NCBI GenBank assembly: GCA_000934665.2
Contig: KZ537966.1
Span: 62,001-126,000 of the forward strand
Reading direction: 5' to 3'
Origin: Catajapyx aquilonaris
Lineage: Eukaryota
DNA length: 64,000 bases
Below, in pieces: positions 28,278-41,985 of this stretch. The notes under the pieces are model-generated. The model saw nothing but the letters and a program-made list of their open reading frames with translations, had not been told where the DNA came from and made no database searches. Position numbers and translations under genes: made by a program. How positions within the stretch are numbered: the stretch's first letter is position 1; each line of letters starts with the position of its first letter.

Positions 28278-31200
28278 GCGAATCCCCCCCTCTCTTTCTC
28301 TTGTAGGTCACGTTATATATCCATGCAGTGACACTAATTGAATAACTACAAAGTGCACTGCCCTATACGTGGAAAAACATTTGAATAGACAGCTATAGCT
28401 ACTATTCGCACAAGATACTGAAAAACATCTAAAACAGTTGGAAAGTTGAAATGTGACACTAATTTTGAATTATGACGCTTGGAAACTCATATTCGACAAA
28501 CATCCATCCAAGTTTTTTTTCCAATAAGGAGCTCATTTGGCCCAGAGAGAATTTTCACTTCCTTTTTGCTTTATTAGCAGAAAGACTTGTGAGGGTGTGT
28601 CTGCGTTATAAAAGTCTTCATTCGGACCCGCTCACTTGATATGTGGAAAGAATCGCCGCCAGAAGAGAGAGAAAATTCGGACCGGCACGTCCGCCCAACA
28701 GCATCCCGAAAGGATCCGGCCTTACTTCCCATTCCTGTCCAAGAAAATCCGGCAGAGGAGAGTTACACGGGAATGCGATTTCCGTCCCAGGAACGGTTCA
28801 ATAGTGATTTCGATGATTGCCAAGGGTGCGTGGGGAGACAGAAAGAGAAAAAAAGGGGGGAGGGGGAGAGAGAAGAAATTTATATATCTAAAAAAATGAG
28901 CAGACATAAGGACTTTTTATATATATATAAAACGGGTACCGCTCGACTCGTACAGTCAGAAATTGTCGTTTCCCTCAATTATCGAATCGAGTTGACCTTT
29001 CTCCAAAATGCCTTTCGTGCTCGATTGGAGAGCGGCAGCACACCTCTTTCCATCCACGCCATTCTCTTTATTACGTCTTTCTCCACCGCTGCCCAATGAG
29101 GCTGTAAGGATTTCTATTTTGGAAATGCATCCCGACTTCCGTGATTCGTTTGCCAACGATATCCCCTCCGTTTACGGTCGAGCGTCGCGTGAGTAATGAT
29201 CCGTTCGCTTTTGTTATGTAGCATATACTTATAGACCTTCCCCTCTATAGGCCCCACGCAAAAAATTATAAAGCCGCTTATTAACATTGTTATTTCTAAT
29301 AAATTAGCATGCATCGGCGACATTGTTAACATCAATATTAATTTTTCGGTCAAATGCATGCCAATCTGTTCTGAAAATTTGCCGCCTTATCCCTCGCATT
29401 CCAGGAGTTCTAGCTTGAATATGCAGTACCCACCCTCAGATTGTTGACTTTGGAAGATGCACAATCCCGACAACGTCCTTCCCCTGGGTTGACACCGGAT
29501 GGGAGGGAATCCGTTTTAGGAACGCCTGCCCCTTTTATCACTACTCTCCGGCTATAAGGCTTTTCCCCCGGAAATAGATTAGTCCTTCGCCCTCTGTCGC
29601 CGGCCTAAAACACTGCCCAGCAACTCGACCTACGATCCCAGATCGTTTCACCTCGCACAATTAGCCACCTTTTTTGAACATAGACTAGCGAGAAAAAAAA
29701 TAATTCCAGGAGTGGAAAAAAAAAGCGACGGAAAAAGCGAGAGCGAGAGAGAGAAAAAGTTAGGCTTCCAGGCGTGTGCGGTGCTTTTTCTCCTCAGTTT
29801 CCATCCCAGCAAATCCGGGGGGCTTACTATGGCGATTCCCCAGCATACGGGCCAACCGTTTGGCATCCTGATTTACACGAGTGCTCAGCACCGATCTGCT
29901 CCCTTTGCACTTCCTCGGGAATTGATGCCTTTTGATACGAAAGGAGAGCTCCCCAAGTCACAAGACGCAAGAGAGAGCGAGGGAAACAACTGGCACACAG
30001 GAAATCTGCTGGGGCCATGTCACGTGCATTCACCTTGGGGGGGACGAGGGCAATTAATATTCCTAATGCCAAGATTACCGGAGTGTTCCATGCTTACAAC
30101 CAATCCTCCGAATTAATAGGATCAAATTTCCAATATTGTGTGCCCGCCCTAATCACCCAAATTGCAATTTTCAATCTCCATTTACACGTCGGTAGAACTT
30201 TGGTTTTTTTTCCGTTCTATATCCAAGCGCATTAATGAGATGAAATTTCCAATATTACAGAGGGCATAAAAAATGTGGTGGACAAGATAATATTTTCTAT
30301 AACGAGCGAAATGGACGCATTGTCAGCACCTACATCGCCTCGTAAAAAAAAGAAGGGCCCTTGCAAAGAAGACTTTCTTTCAGGTGTTACAGCCTCGTTG
30401 TTATCACCCTGTGACTCCCATGCGTCTCGACCATCCCATGGACGCTCCGTAATTTGTCATCATCTATCCCCAGGGGATAGGCTTTTAAACAAGTGAGGTG
30501 TCCGATGCAAGCCCGTAAAAAAATGGCTTCCATCCCCACCCCCACCGTATCCCTCAAAAAAAAAGTGCTCTGTCCAGGCAAAGTATGCGGGATTTTCTGG
30601 GCAACGAGTTGGCAGCAAATGGGGATTCCGCAGCCAGTTATCAGAAAGCCAAAGTCATTTGGGAGGGCCTGCAACCCCCGTGTATTGCGGGTGATAAAGA
30701 TTTTGTGAATCACTATATACTCTTACACCCGCTTGGCGCTTGCTTTATGGGCGACGAGTCTGATGGCCATTAAAAATGCAATGCAGGTTCCCCGTGTGCG
30801 AGGCGGGAAAATCGTTCGCTCCGGCTTTTACTACCAGATAAAAGGCAAATTGGTGCGCTCTTGCAAACAACAAGAAATTACCATCCTTGGGGCCGATTGT
30901 GAACTGTGCCATAAGCCTGGTGGGGGCCGCCCGGAGTAATTATCCCTTCCGACCCCGGCCCATATTTCCGATTTTGACGGAGGGGGGAGGTAGAGAGAGA
31001 GGGGGGGGGGGGCTTGTTGCGGTGATTACTGATATTGTGATTGTCCAATCGGCGCCACGGAAAAGCGGCTCCGGTCCCAGCCGAATTCATTCGACCGCAG
31101 AGGATCATCTTCATCCCGTGGCCCCGGAGGCTCTAATCCGCCCAGATGTATAAAATGCATGAGGGAATGTTCCGCAGTACCTCGTAAAACCATCGTTAGA

Positions 31201-34200
31201 TTCACTTCCTTTTTCCAAACGATAAGACCTTTTTTTTAAAAAAAAAAAAAAAACTTCAGCCTGCGGGCCAGGTATGTCCTTGCACTTCTTCATTGAACTG
31301 CCAAGAAACCGCAAAAAAAAAAGTAGAGCGCGAGAGAGATAACATTAAAAAAAAAGAGGTTGGATAGGTGGTCGGGGGGCAAAATTGTTCTCATGTTAGC
31401 TGACACCTTCCTTATTTTATCAGGGTGGCCCTTTCCTCTCTAGAGAATGTTTCGCCAGAATGGTGACCGGAATTTCACTGCGAAATAGTTGGAAAGTATG
31501 TAGAGTAATCCAGATAAAACGCTAACGTGACCTTGCTCATGGCAAGCATTCCCAAGCGAGAGTACTCAACATAACACTAGAAATTAGCTGCACAATCTGT
31601 TCCACTCCAACAAGGAAACTGTAATTACAGAAAGTGTGTTATTATAATTGCAATCAGTACGGGTCGGAACGTGACGATATCATTATTATAACAGCTCGGA
31701 TGCATCGAATCAACATACATATAACATGGAATTCAGCAAATGACGTCGTTCATGCATCAAGAGTAAGAATTCAGACACTGCAAATAGCAACTCCCACGTG
31801 AAATTCTCAGTCGCCTTGAGCACTGATTCCATTCAGTACCATGACAGGACGCAAAAAAAAAAAATCGCCAGCACATTCATACCAATACAGACTTTGACGT
31901 GCAAAAAATCACGCCTGTCCTGGCAACATTTCCCTTTCGTTTCGCCCTCTTGAGAACCACTCCAAGTACGCCAAATTCTACACGACACCTGAGAGGAAGA
32001 TTTCATTTATTACATAACCCTCTTTTTTTCCTTCTCTCCCTTTTTTTCCTCTTCATCCACTTTCCTACTGGCGAAGGTAATTTTCCACACGGGTTCGTCC
32101 GAGCGATTGTGGTGGAAGTAGCAAGTAGAGGCCTGGCAACGATGTGGTGGCGTTAAATGGAGTGGGCAAGTGGCGCGTTTTGGGGGAAGCGAGAAGACTG
32201 ATGGCGGGCTTTGGTGGGGGTGTCTGTCACCTTTCACCCCGAGCCGCAAAACCACGCTCCGACCTCGCGGCCGCCCAATTAAGAGCCGGATGGTCAGTTG
32301 GGGAGGACAGAAATGAAACCCCCCCCCGGTTGGAACCTATACACTCACCCATCGCCACCTCGCCATCTTTTCCCAACCGAAAATCTACGGTTGGCACGTT
32401 TCCAAGGGTACACCATTTTCCGTTTTCTTACAAAAATCGCAACACGTTTTGGCTTGTTTCCTCCAGTGATTATTTTCCGAGTCCTCGCTGCTCTTCCTTC
32501 TAATGAACATTGTTGTGGGTTTGGAGAAAGAGGCATGTGCGCGAATTATTCATGCCAATGGTTATCTGGAAGCGTGATTATAGGCAGATTTTCTACCTTT
32601 ACCGGGAAGATTAAAATTATAATCTCCTTTGGCAAAAGGGGGCCGCCGGTTAAAGCAGCACTCCGGTGTTGCTCGCATTATGCACCAGCAAGAACGGCTG
32701 CCGTGAAGTGGCAATCTGACAGATTACCAATTCACTCCAGTGGCATGGTACAGTAACATGTTATTAATTCATCAGCCAGCAGGGAAAGTCTTCGACTTTG
32801 CCAAAGAGAAATGATCAAGCGCATCCTAATTGGTGTTTTAAAAACTACATTTGCATAATCTAATGATTTGAATTTCGCACAGGATAGTATGCATACAAAT
32901 TGAAAATGGTACGGACTAAGTTGGTTTTTCCTTTGAGTACACTTCTTCCTTTTTTTTAAAAAAAAGGGGGGGGGGGGAGAGAGAAAAAATGCATGATTTC
33001 GATGTCATACATCACAAGCAAAACATGTTAGCCAGAGCTAGACCGGTAGATCGAAGACTTCATTATCCATGCAACACCACTTCTCCTGGTTACCAAGCAC
33101 CATTACTGTAATTCCGAGCATCATTTGAAATTACTTCCACAACGGAATCCACTTTCCACCACATTCATACTCCATGAACGCATCGTAAACGCAAAAGTTT
33201 CAATGCAGCGCTGCACGGCCTTGTTCAAAGTACTCACCGTCATTTAAATTTTTTCCACATTACCAGCCTTGTTGCTGCGGATACTAAAATCCTGATATTA
33301 AGCAGTGCCTTTTGTTAATCCAAATTAAAATAACATTTGTGCTTCAGTATCCTCTACTAAAATCCATTCTCGTTGGCTGCATTCCCCCCCTTTAAATGCA
33401 TAATATCCACGCATGCGCTAAAAAAATCTCGCTAACTCGGATAATGTCGCTTTTTTTGGAATCAACAAACCACAATCTTCGCACAGATTTACGAGCGCGT
33501 GTACTCACACGCTTCATGAAATCATGAATCCATAACCCTTAACCTTTTCTTTTTTTTAAAGTAGTTTTCCTCCAAAAGCAGTTTATTCCTTGATTTCCCC
33601 CTACACAATGATGGAATTTTATCTCTAACGATTTTCCTTGTCGAGAACAGCTCGACGTTGTTACACAACCTAATCTAATCCACCACCTCAGTGTAATAGA
33701 ATCCTAAACTTGCACCGAAATGGGAGGAAAGGAGTCAAAATATCCGTTTGAGAAAACGACTTTCCAGAGAAGATTATGTGGGGCTCTTCTTTCCCACTGA
33801 ATGATGACCGATTTTTTTTTCTTCTTCTTCTTCTCTTCTCCTCCACTCTCTACGTATATTCTGAGAGGAGGTCCATAAGACCTAGAACACGGCTAAAGGG
33901 GAGGGCCGTATCACTAGGCTCCGGTCATTTAGGACCATTCTGAGATATCCGCCGAAATAGCCAACTCAGCGGGCTCTGTTTGCGAATATCGATTGTCCGG
34001 GAGGAATTCTCCCAGAGATTTTCCCATGAAGAAAAGATGAGCAGCAGAAAGATCAAGCCCTGACTTTTGCAAATGGTGCTCTTCAAAAGGTTCCATATTA
34101 ACAAGCTGCCGGTGGACCTTGAGAGATGTTGTCCTAGATCGCATAAGAAGCCATTAACGTTGCCGTCATTACTTCTTCGCAATTGTTCGCCGAGGAGACA

Positions 34201-35847
34201 TGTGTTAGCCAAATTGAGCGAAAGGGGGCTACGCACAGATGATGGAAAAGTCGTTATTCATGTCCTAAAGAGTCACTGGGATGCTTCCAAATGTTCCCGC
34301 CAGAAAGGTGTATTACAGTAAAAAAATATAAGAAAGGAGGAAAAAGACATCAATCTCGATTTTTCCATGCTCGCAGAAATGGCGCAGGTCCAAATGTTTG
34401 TCGAGCTTTTTTTCTCCAAGCGCACCGCGGTGTACTTTTCCTGGGTGCTGCAAGTTTTGAAAACACACACACCGCCATAAATCAAAATCCCCATTAGGAC
34501 CCCTGGATTTCCTATCCACCAATCGAGAAAGTGTACACGAAAATCCACGCCCAGTCCAATTACGTCGTGTTAGTTTTGCGACTCGGATTGTTCTCCGGCA
34601 GTTTCTTAATTGGCGCCCGAGTCGATGGCGAAATAAATCTTCAATAGCGTGCCAGCCGTTATCTAAATAACCCTTCCTCCTATACCCCCCGTTTTAAGAA
34701 TCGGCCTCGTATATATGAATCAAGGAGCGGGGGCCCCAGATTAGCACCACCTCTTCCCTACTTTTCTTTTTGCGACACGGGGATGGAACTTGGAGCAAAT
34801 CGAATAGACGCACAGGATTAAGCGATTCTCTTAAAGGCGTAATTAGTCCCTCATTTGCCCTGCAGTAAGCTCTCCCAACTATAGCTCTGGAAAAGTTCCA
34901 TACTCTGTACAGGGGGGATATTGCACAGCTAAGTCAAGTGGGCTCCGGCTTTAGCCCACTCTTTTTTTTTACAAAAAAAAAACGAGTTCTGGACTGAGAT
35001 TCCACGCGTTAGTGATTAAAAAATTAATTACCCCCTACAACACCGCGGAACATTTGGCATCACAATCAAAATTTTCCCGGCGGCTGCCCCTTTCCAGAGG
35101 AAAGGAAGCGGCCAAAGTGTCGCTGATGCGCACGTGATCCCCGACACAAACGATATGCACGGTTTGATTAAACGGGCGTGCTGTCGCCATAAAAGGGAAG
35201 GTGAATTGGGCAAGCAACATCATTGGAACTAAATATTAGAGTTGATGTGTGCCTCTCTCCCCCGCTTTTTTTTTGTGAAAGGGGAAGGGGTGGTAATTCC
35301 CTCCCTGCCACCCCCTAAAAAATGGATCAACTGGAGCATCGGAACCAGCTGGCATTTAGGTCGCGCCCAAAATTCTGTGACTGTCACGCTCTCCCGTCCT
35401 TTTTAATAAGTTCGCTTTTGCTGCCTCGTTATTGGGGCTTTTGAGTTCCGGAAATCGGTGGCATTTGCCTCCTCTTCCGCAACAGCATTGAAAATTGGGC
35501 GTCCCCTCCCATGTCACCCCCATCCCGCCCACTTTTTTTGTGTGTATGTCGGAGCTACCCCTCCTCTCTTTTTCCCATGTCGCACACAGTGCGTGAAATC
35601 GTCCCATTGTGCAAGTCGCGAATCCAATTCCCCCTTCGAGTTAGGAAGGCCCAACATGGTTCCCGATCGCTCTTCAAATCCGCATCAGCTTCATTTACCC
35701 TCTCGGTGGTACCCCCAATTCGTCATACTGTGAGTCCCAGCACCCGAGGCAGATTAGTCCCTCTTAATAAATCCGGCCCGGTGTTCTCTGTATGTACACT
35801 TTTCCAGCGTGTCGTAATTCGCCTTTATCGTCCCGACGATTTCGGAT

Positions 35848-35879
35848 GGGGGAAGGGGAGGGGGGGGGGGGGGNGGGGG
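35848..35879. repeat. G-rich / poly-G tract with an internal N
   Basis: GGGGGAAGGGGA followed by a long G run with N at 35874. Confidence 0.9.
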
Positions 35880-37051
35880 ATTAACCCCGAAGCTGCTTCT
35901 CGGCGCAATTCCCAAAACGCTCTTCCTAATTTTGGAGTCGTTACCAAACAATAGCGCCCTTTAACTACATTTCTTACGGGCGACTTGGCGCGCACTTGAA
36001 CCAGACCGGAATTCGGGATGAAGGGGCAATATTTGTCGGCACTCGTAATACAAGTCCTTTTATGCCTCATTAGTGCAAGAACGCCAAGGGTTGAAATAGT
36101 GGGCCAAGGAAGTTCATCCTGGACACTGCGCAAATCTGCGAGCCTCTCTTGTTCGCCAAGTGGCCTGACTCCCAGGCGCAGCAGAAGTCCACAAAGACGA
36201 TTCCTGCAGGCTACAAAATGGCATGTGATGTTACAAGGTTCAGAAACATTGGGTGGAATTTTCGTCCTACTGCTAGTTTACTGCTAACGTAGCAGTTTGC
36301 GACCCATGGTCATTACTGATACAGAAGACGAGGGAGGGAAAACGACCAAACGTCTCCATTAATTTCGTGTGTACTGTATCTCAATGTAATATTACTTCGA
36401 CTAAAATAACTGCATTTACTAAATTGCAGTCGCCACTTACGGTTTTAACATATTGTAGGAGAGTACAGGAAGGAATAGAACGGAATGGGACATTTTTCTC
36501 GATCCATGAAACATAAAAAGCCTCTTGTTTCCGCGGTATGACGGCACTGACTGGCCCCTTTGTACCCTGTAATTACAGCACTCTACCTGTCAGCATAAAG
36601 CTGGGAGGAAGATAAAACTGACTTTAGCTAGTCCGGTCGATATTTCTGATACTTCTTCGTAAGCATGATGCACCCCGACTAGAAGGGAATCATGGGTGAC
36701 ACTATGGCAATGAAGAGGAATGCTTACCCATGTTCCGCTTAGGAGTATTGTTTTAATCAATATATTGTTCATGTGTCGTTTTCTAGCACATACAACATGA
36801 CACACACAACATGTCGATGGGAGAATTTTTCGAGTCATGGCACCACATTTTGCAAGCAATCAAACATTCGCTATCCAGAAGAAATTATGACTCCCGCAGT
36901 TCTGATGGTGCGACTAAGTATCTCAACACGACATTCCTTTATGCATTAATTCCATCAATATTAAATGTAACTACATGTCACGGCCACTTTGCACGCTATT
37001 TGAAGGATGGCCCAACTAGTAAGTGATCCTTTGAAAGGAAATGCCCGAGTG

Positions 37052-37124
37052 AATCCCTTCATCCTGACCTGTTATGCAACCGCACCCTTGTATCACAAAT
37101 GACATAATCTGCAGGCGCAAAAAG
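37052..37124 (+). repeat. Dispersed repeat, copy 1 (partner at 63772-63843)
   Basis: CCTTCATCCTGACCTGTTATGCAACCGCAC(C/T)CTTGTATCA matches the second copy at 39/40, followed by a 13-nt diverged spacer and then CTGCAGGCGCAA at 12/12. Confidence 0.9.
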
Positions 37125-38604
37125 TAATCTTATTACGGCATTACAATGCACAATTTCAACAATGCTACTCCTATACAAATCCATACTAACTTGTAAGACA
37201 GATTGCCTTTGAGAATGATCTCATTTGCCTTATAATATCTCATCGCTCCATGAGCAACAAAGTGCTCGCAGTACGTGTCTCCCGTCTTAACTACACCTCT
37301 AGAAATCGAAACACAGCGAGCTTCCGGAAGTCACATAATAAAGGCATCCCAATTACTAAAATGTGGCTTTTGCTTCCGCCAGCCCCCCCCCCCCCAGCTT
37401 TTCCAGTGTTATTCAATCCTTGCAGGTGGTAATAAAGGAAGCAGCTCTTGTCTCCCAGCAGACACACTTCTCGCACTCAATTTGCATCCATTTTGAGTCA
37501 GAGCTTGGCAGAACTCTCACTCTTCTTCTTTTTTTCCTTTCTTTTTTTTTTAATCCCTTCGTTTCCTCAGCCGCATAATCTTTTCTTTGAGAGACAGTCC
37601 AAAGAAAAGGAGCGAAACCCATTAAAAGGAGCTGGTGGAAGCAGGGGAGCAAGTCCTGAGAAGACTCCCTGCTGCTAAAGGAGAATTTAATCAAAGCCTG
37701 GCTCCTCTTTACGCTTGGGAGGCAAATTCCTTTTCGCTCCTTACCTTGCTACAGTCCCGCGCGAGGGGGGAAACTCCTTTCAAGCGAAAACAAAAGAAAT
37801 TAGCAAGGAAGGAAGAGGGGTTGTTAGTCATTCGTCTCCACTCCTTGGCCTCCGAGACTCGTCTCCCTACCCTGCGTCGCTTTAAATTTTGGAATGGGGG
37901 AGGGGAGCTTTTTTTTAAAACAAGAAAAAAAAGAAGCCACACGGCATTGGAGACGGGCACGCTTAGTCGGACGGAAACAACCTCATCATTTCCCCGGTAA
38001 AAGAGAGGAGGGGAAGAAGAATAATAGCCCGCGAGACCATTAATGCCAGATCGAAGACCTTCATCGGGTAGGTCAAGGCACCCCTTGTAAATAAAAGAGG
38101 CGCCGGAGTCACCCACAACTCCTTCCGGCTCCTCATCTATACTCCGTTCAAGTTCGATGTAGCAATCTTGCAAGGGGTTCACGACCTGAACTTTGACGTC
38201 AACGACATCAAGGATTACATTCAATGTCAGCTATCTGAATCGTACTCAGCGTCATCCAATGGCAATTGCATGAGACGTATGCATTACATATTTAAATAGT
38301 AAATGCAGTGGAATGTTTGCAATGGTTAAATTAGTAATCACAGTAAACGTGACTGTATACCTTAGCTTCTAATTGTAATAAATAATTAGTAAGCTATACA
38401 GTAGGTATCATTCTAAAATATCTAAGAACCTATAGAGAGACATGGGTCACATGAATATAAGAGTGTTTTAATTATTTATTTGCCTTGAATTCAGTTCACC
38501 ACTTACACAGGGTTTAAATCTCCTCCAGTCCTACCCAGTCGTTTCTATATTTACTCAAATCCATTTCGGTATATTAAGAATTCAGAAAGGAAACTGTTAC
38601 TCAC

Positions 38605-38643
38605 GCAATACAAACATGTTCACGAGTCCAGACAGGTAGCCGC
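38605..38643 (-). CDS. 39-nt symmetric small exon (phase 1-1; xGYLSGLVNMFVL)
   Basis: Strong acceptor tttttctttttgccccttttcacacctacag and donor TGC|gtgagt. Length is divisible by 3. Phase 1 is open and matches the phase-1 donor at 47234; phase 0 has a TGA. Confidence 0.45.
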
Positions 38644-38735
38644 CTGTAGGTGTGAAAAGGGGCAAAAAGAAAAATCCAACCAGAATGGCAACGTTACAAA
38701 ATGGATTCGTTTCATCGCACTAGCCCCGGCGCGGC

Positions 38736-38821
38736 TTCTGATTTATTATTACTGGGTAAGATAGTAATATGCATTATCCATGGAATCTCATAATGGCTGC
38801 GCCGCCGCTAATAAATCAGAA
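38736..38821. repeat. 13-bp perfect inverted repeat; each arm carries TGATTTAT
   Basis: TTCTGATTTATTA (38736-38748) and TAATAAATCAGAA (38809-38821) are exact reverse complements with a 60-nt spacer. Confidence 0.8.
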
Positions 38822-38860
38822 ACGAGGCTCCTTCCCCGCAACTTGAAATTCCCACTCGGA

Positions 38861-38945
38861 TATATAAAAGCGTTTTCTGGCTGCCTTGCATGCTTATAGA
38901 ATGGCAGATGAAGGAGGCCAGGGGTGGAGTGGAAGACTGCACAAG
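38861..38945 (+). promoter_or_regulatory. Candidate TATA box followed by a short plus-strand (antisense) first exon
   Basis: TATATAAAAG at 38861-38870, ATG at 38901 opening 15 codons (MADEGGQGWSGRLHK), then consensus donor AAG|gtgagt after 38945. No downstream plus-strand exon was identified. Confidence 0.2.
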
Positions 38946-41900
38946 GTGAGTTACAAGTAAAACCCGGCTTCTTCAGTGTGTTTCACGCCGGGACTGAGTT
39001 GTCAATTTCTACTCTGAACTTGCTCCGGCGCCAGAATAAGTTAGTCCCTTCAAGTCTAGAGGCCTGCAGACGCATTTCAGCTAACTTTTTTCCTTCCTTT
39101 TTTTTGGAGGGGGGTCGAAGCGGTATATATATTGGGGGTAGAATCCTTCTCTGACGGAAATCCTTCCCAGTGGTGGAGAAGTGAGGGCGTTAATCTCCGC
39201 GCTAAGCGACTGATGAAATCCCGCCACTCCTTAAGAGCTTTTCGATTTCCTATATGATGAAGGCATCCGCAGAAGCAGAAAACATCTTCCGCATTAATGG
39301 TATCGGCAAAGGCAAAGGCAAAAGGGAGGCCTCTCCTTCCAGTTTCCGTCCTACATTCCAAGAACGCAACGACCGCTTTCTTGGCTCCCGCGATAATTTA
39401 CGTCGACGTCCCACAGATTTATCGCCATTAGGAAATAAATGACCTGCGCTCTCAGGTTGCAAATATAATCACCCTCATTTCCTGTATAACGTGACTGGCA
39501 CGAGAACGGCCAATTTTCCACCGAAAGAAGACGCCATCCATTCTTTTTGGGAAGTCACAGGACACCGAATGCATTATCCGTCGGCCAATCTGGAAGGTTT
39601 CGGAATGGAATAATAAAGAATGGGGTGCGCTCGCTACAACGGCTTACCAAGTACGTAGCCGGCTACTACGCCCGACAAAAAGATGGTGACAGTAAAAATT
39701 TAATGCCTAGGCCAGAGGGTGCTAAGGGCATCCGAAATACCTTTTTCCTCCCATTCAGGGTCCCAGTGCCTTGACCTGGCAATGTGCCTAAATTCAAAAC
39801 AAGATGAACATTTAATTTAATTTGAACTTGCAATTTCTTTTTTTTTCTCTCTCTCTCTCCAGCCAGGTATAGCACCTTGGCTCTGAATATTTTCTGTGGA
39901 CAATATTCGGCAGTCGCGTGGAGAAATGGGCCGGGTGTTGACTGCACTTTTGTGCTCCACTCTTCATGCGTCATTTCCTCCTCTTCTCCAGCAACTCGGC
40001 CAAAAGAGCCGGCAGGGCCTTATTCATGGACACCCAGCCCCTCCCCTTTCTCCTCCCAAACACAAGGGGCCAGAAAGGCTCGACCCTAGCGGCAAATATG
40101 GCTGCACCACCCTCTGGAAAAAAAAAAAGGCCCTCCTCTCTGGCCCGTCCATAAATCTCCTCGGGGGCGAACGCATTCCTAAATTTATTTTCTCCTTTTA
40201 TTCCGCCCCGGGCCTGCCCATGCCTTACCACCATCCGGTAAAACCCCGTGTAATCCACGCCATCCGCATAAAAAAAATCCTCCAACGTAATCCCTCCCCT
40301 TCTTACTCCAGTAAAAAATAAGAGAAAAAAAGCCGGTTTATCAGCGCTTGTCAGATCAATAACAACTATCTGTTTTGCATTCCCCATTGTGTCCACGTGA
40401 TGAATATCCTCCACCGAGCCGGGCCCCAATACAAAGGAGGAAGAGCGAAATTATCTCCTCTTTCTGCATGGGGTGCATCTAAAGATCCAGCCTCGCGATC
40501 TATTGAACTACCTACCACCACTCCATAATTTAAGCTTGACCTGCAGACACCTCGAGTGGTAATCAACAAGATGGATATTCATGCTGGGATGGAACTTCCA
40601 GAGGACTTTGGCTTTCAGCAGCCGCCGTAACCCGGGACGGATCACACCATCTGTGCGCGTTTCGAGCTCATATTACCGATCCAGGAGTCAATAATTGCCT
40701 AGGGACCAAGTGATTTTTTTCCCCTCTCGGTAAATCATGGTCCGTTCATGTTACCGGGTTAATAATATGCATTTTAACTATGTACTCTTGGCTTCATCCA
40801 AGAGATGTTTCCGCTACAGACATATATTCCCCTCTCATCTGGAGCAAGGTAAATTTCATTTGCTCCAAATGTGCTCCAAATAAACTGTTTACAACCTGGG
40901 GACATGTAAGCTACAGCACCGCCCACACATTTCATATGTATACAGTACCTAACCTGACAAATCTACAACTTTAGTTAACAGACGCACGTATAATACAATT
41001 TTCTTTCTCGTTGCAAAGCACTGTACATTCGGCCTAACAAGTGACAAGTTGGAACGTGACTGTAAGGCACATCAAACGTGCTTATTATCTGAATTTTAAA
41101 CATTAGGCCTACTATCCAAAAAAATATAAGCCTGAGCGAAGATAAGGTCCAGCAGCATCCAACTCATTACTTCTTTTCCCATGATAGCTACTGGGGACAG
41201 TACCAGTTGTACTGTAATAATGACCACCGAGAGAAGATGGACCGGTGCAACGGGCTGGAACCCCCCCAATTCGAGACTCGGTCCAATCACGACCGATGAC
41301 CTTTCGATACCTCGATAGCGTGACCAAAACCTGGACCTTTCCCTCTCTATTCAAAGCCACCCCTCCTCCCAATCTACCCACCGAAAAAAATAGTTCGAAA
41401 CCTCCGGAGAAGGGGGAAAGAAAAAGTCAAAAAAATACTCTCGACTGCAGGATCTTTTTACGAGGGGAATGCAAACGGACCTGGTAGGAAGGGCAGGAAA
41501 TCAATTCTAAAGGAATTTGCTGGAGGAAGTGCCAACAGAGGAACGCGAAGCTTCCTCCGTGGTTGTTGCTGGAAGCCCACGTGAGGCACACAAGAAAAGA
41601 AGGCACACACAGAGATGACTTGATTTCACCCCCTCTCCTCTCCCCCACTTTCGCAATCAATAGGCCAACTTCCAAGAGTCAGCAGGCACCAAGATGAGCC
41701 ACTTTAAGCTCTCCTTTTGGGTCGAGGTCGCCCCCCTCTCCTTACACTCAACCCTCATCCCCTCGCTGTGCACGATAAGGTGCCGGCAAAGTACTTCCTT
41801 CTAGGCAATACGACCACCTGATGTTCCACGGAAGTATACACAGAAACGCGTTAGCATCTTGATGGGCTTCCAGCACGACACGCCCCAAATGTGACGACAA

Positions 41901-41964
41901 ACCTGACGCTCCCTCATCGGTTAATCGCACCGTGTCTTGTGCCTTGCTTTCACACCCCGAGAGC

Positions 41965-41985
41965 CTCTCTCTCTCTCTCTCTCTC
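41965..41985. repeat. (CT)10 microsatellite
   Basis: Perfect CT run read directly. Confidence 0.95.

Noticed and set aside
32349..32416. MVYPWK resembling a Hox YPWM hexapeptide ahead of a GTGAGT donor
   Set aside because: K instead of M, no homeobox exon anywhere in the window, no acceptor, and the donor is phase 2 in that frame.
34937..34970. 8-bp hairpin followed by a T run, like a rho-independent terminator
   Set aside because: The context is eukaryotic, there is no upstream gene, and T runs are ubiquitous in the window.
37709..38224. 171-aa minus-strand ORF with a superficially protein-like N-terminal half
   Set aside because: Non-ATG start, no family recognised, no convincing splice sites, and the second half is homopolymer-derived.
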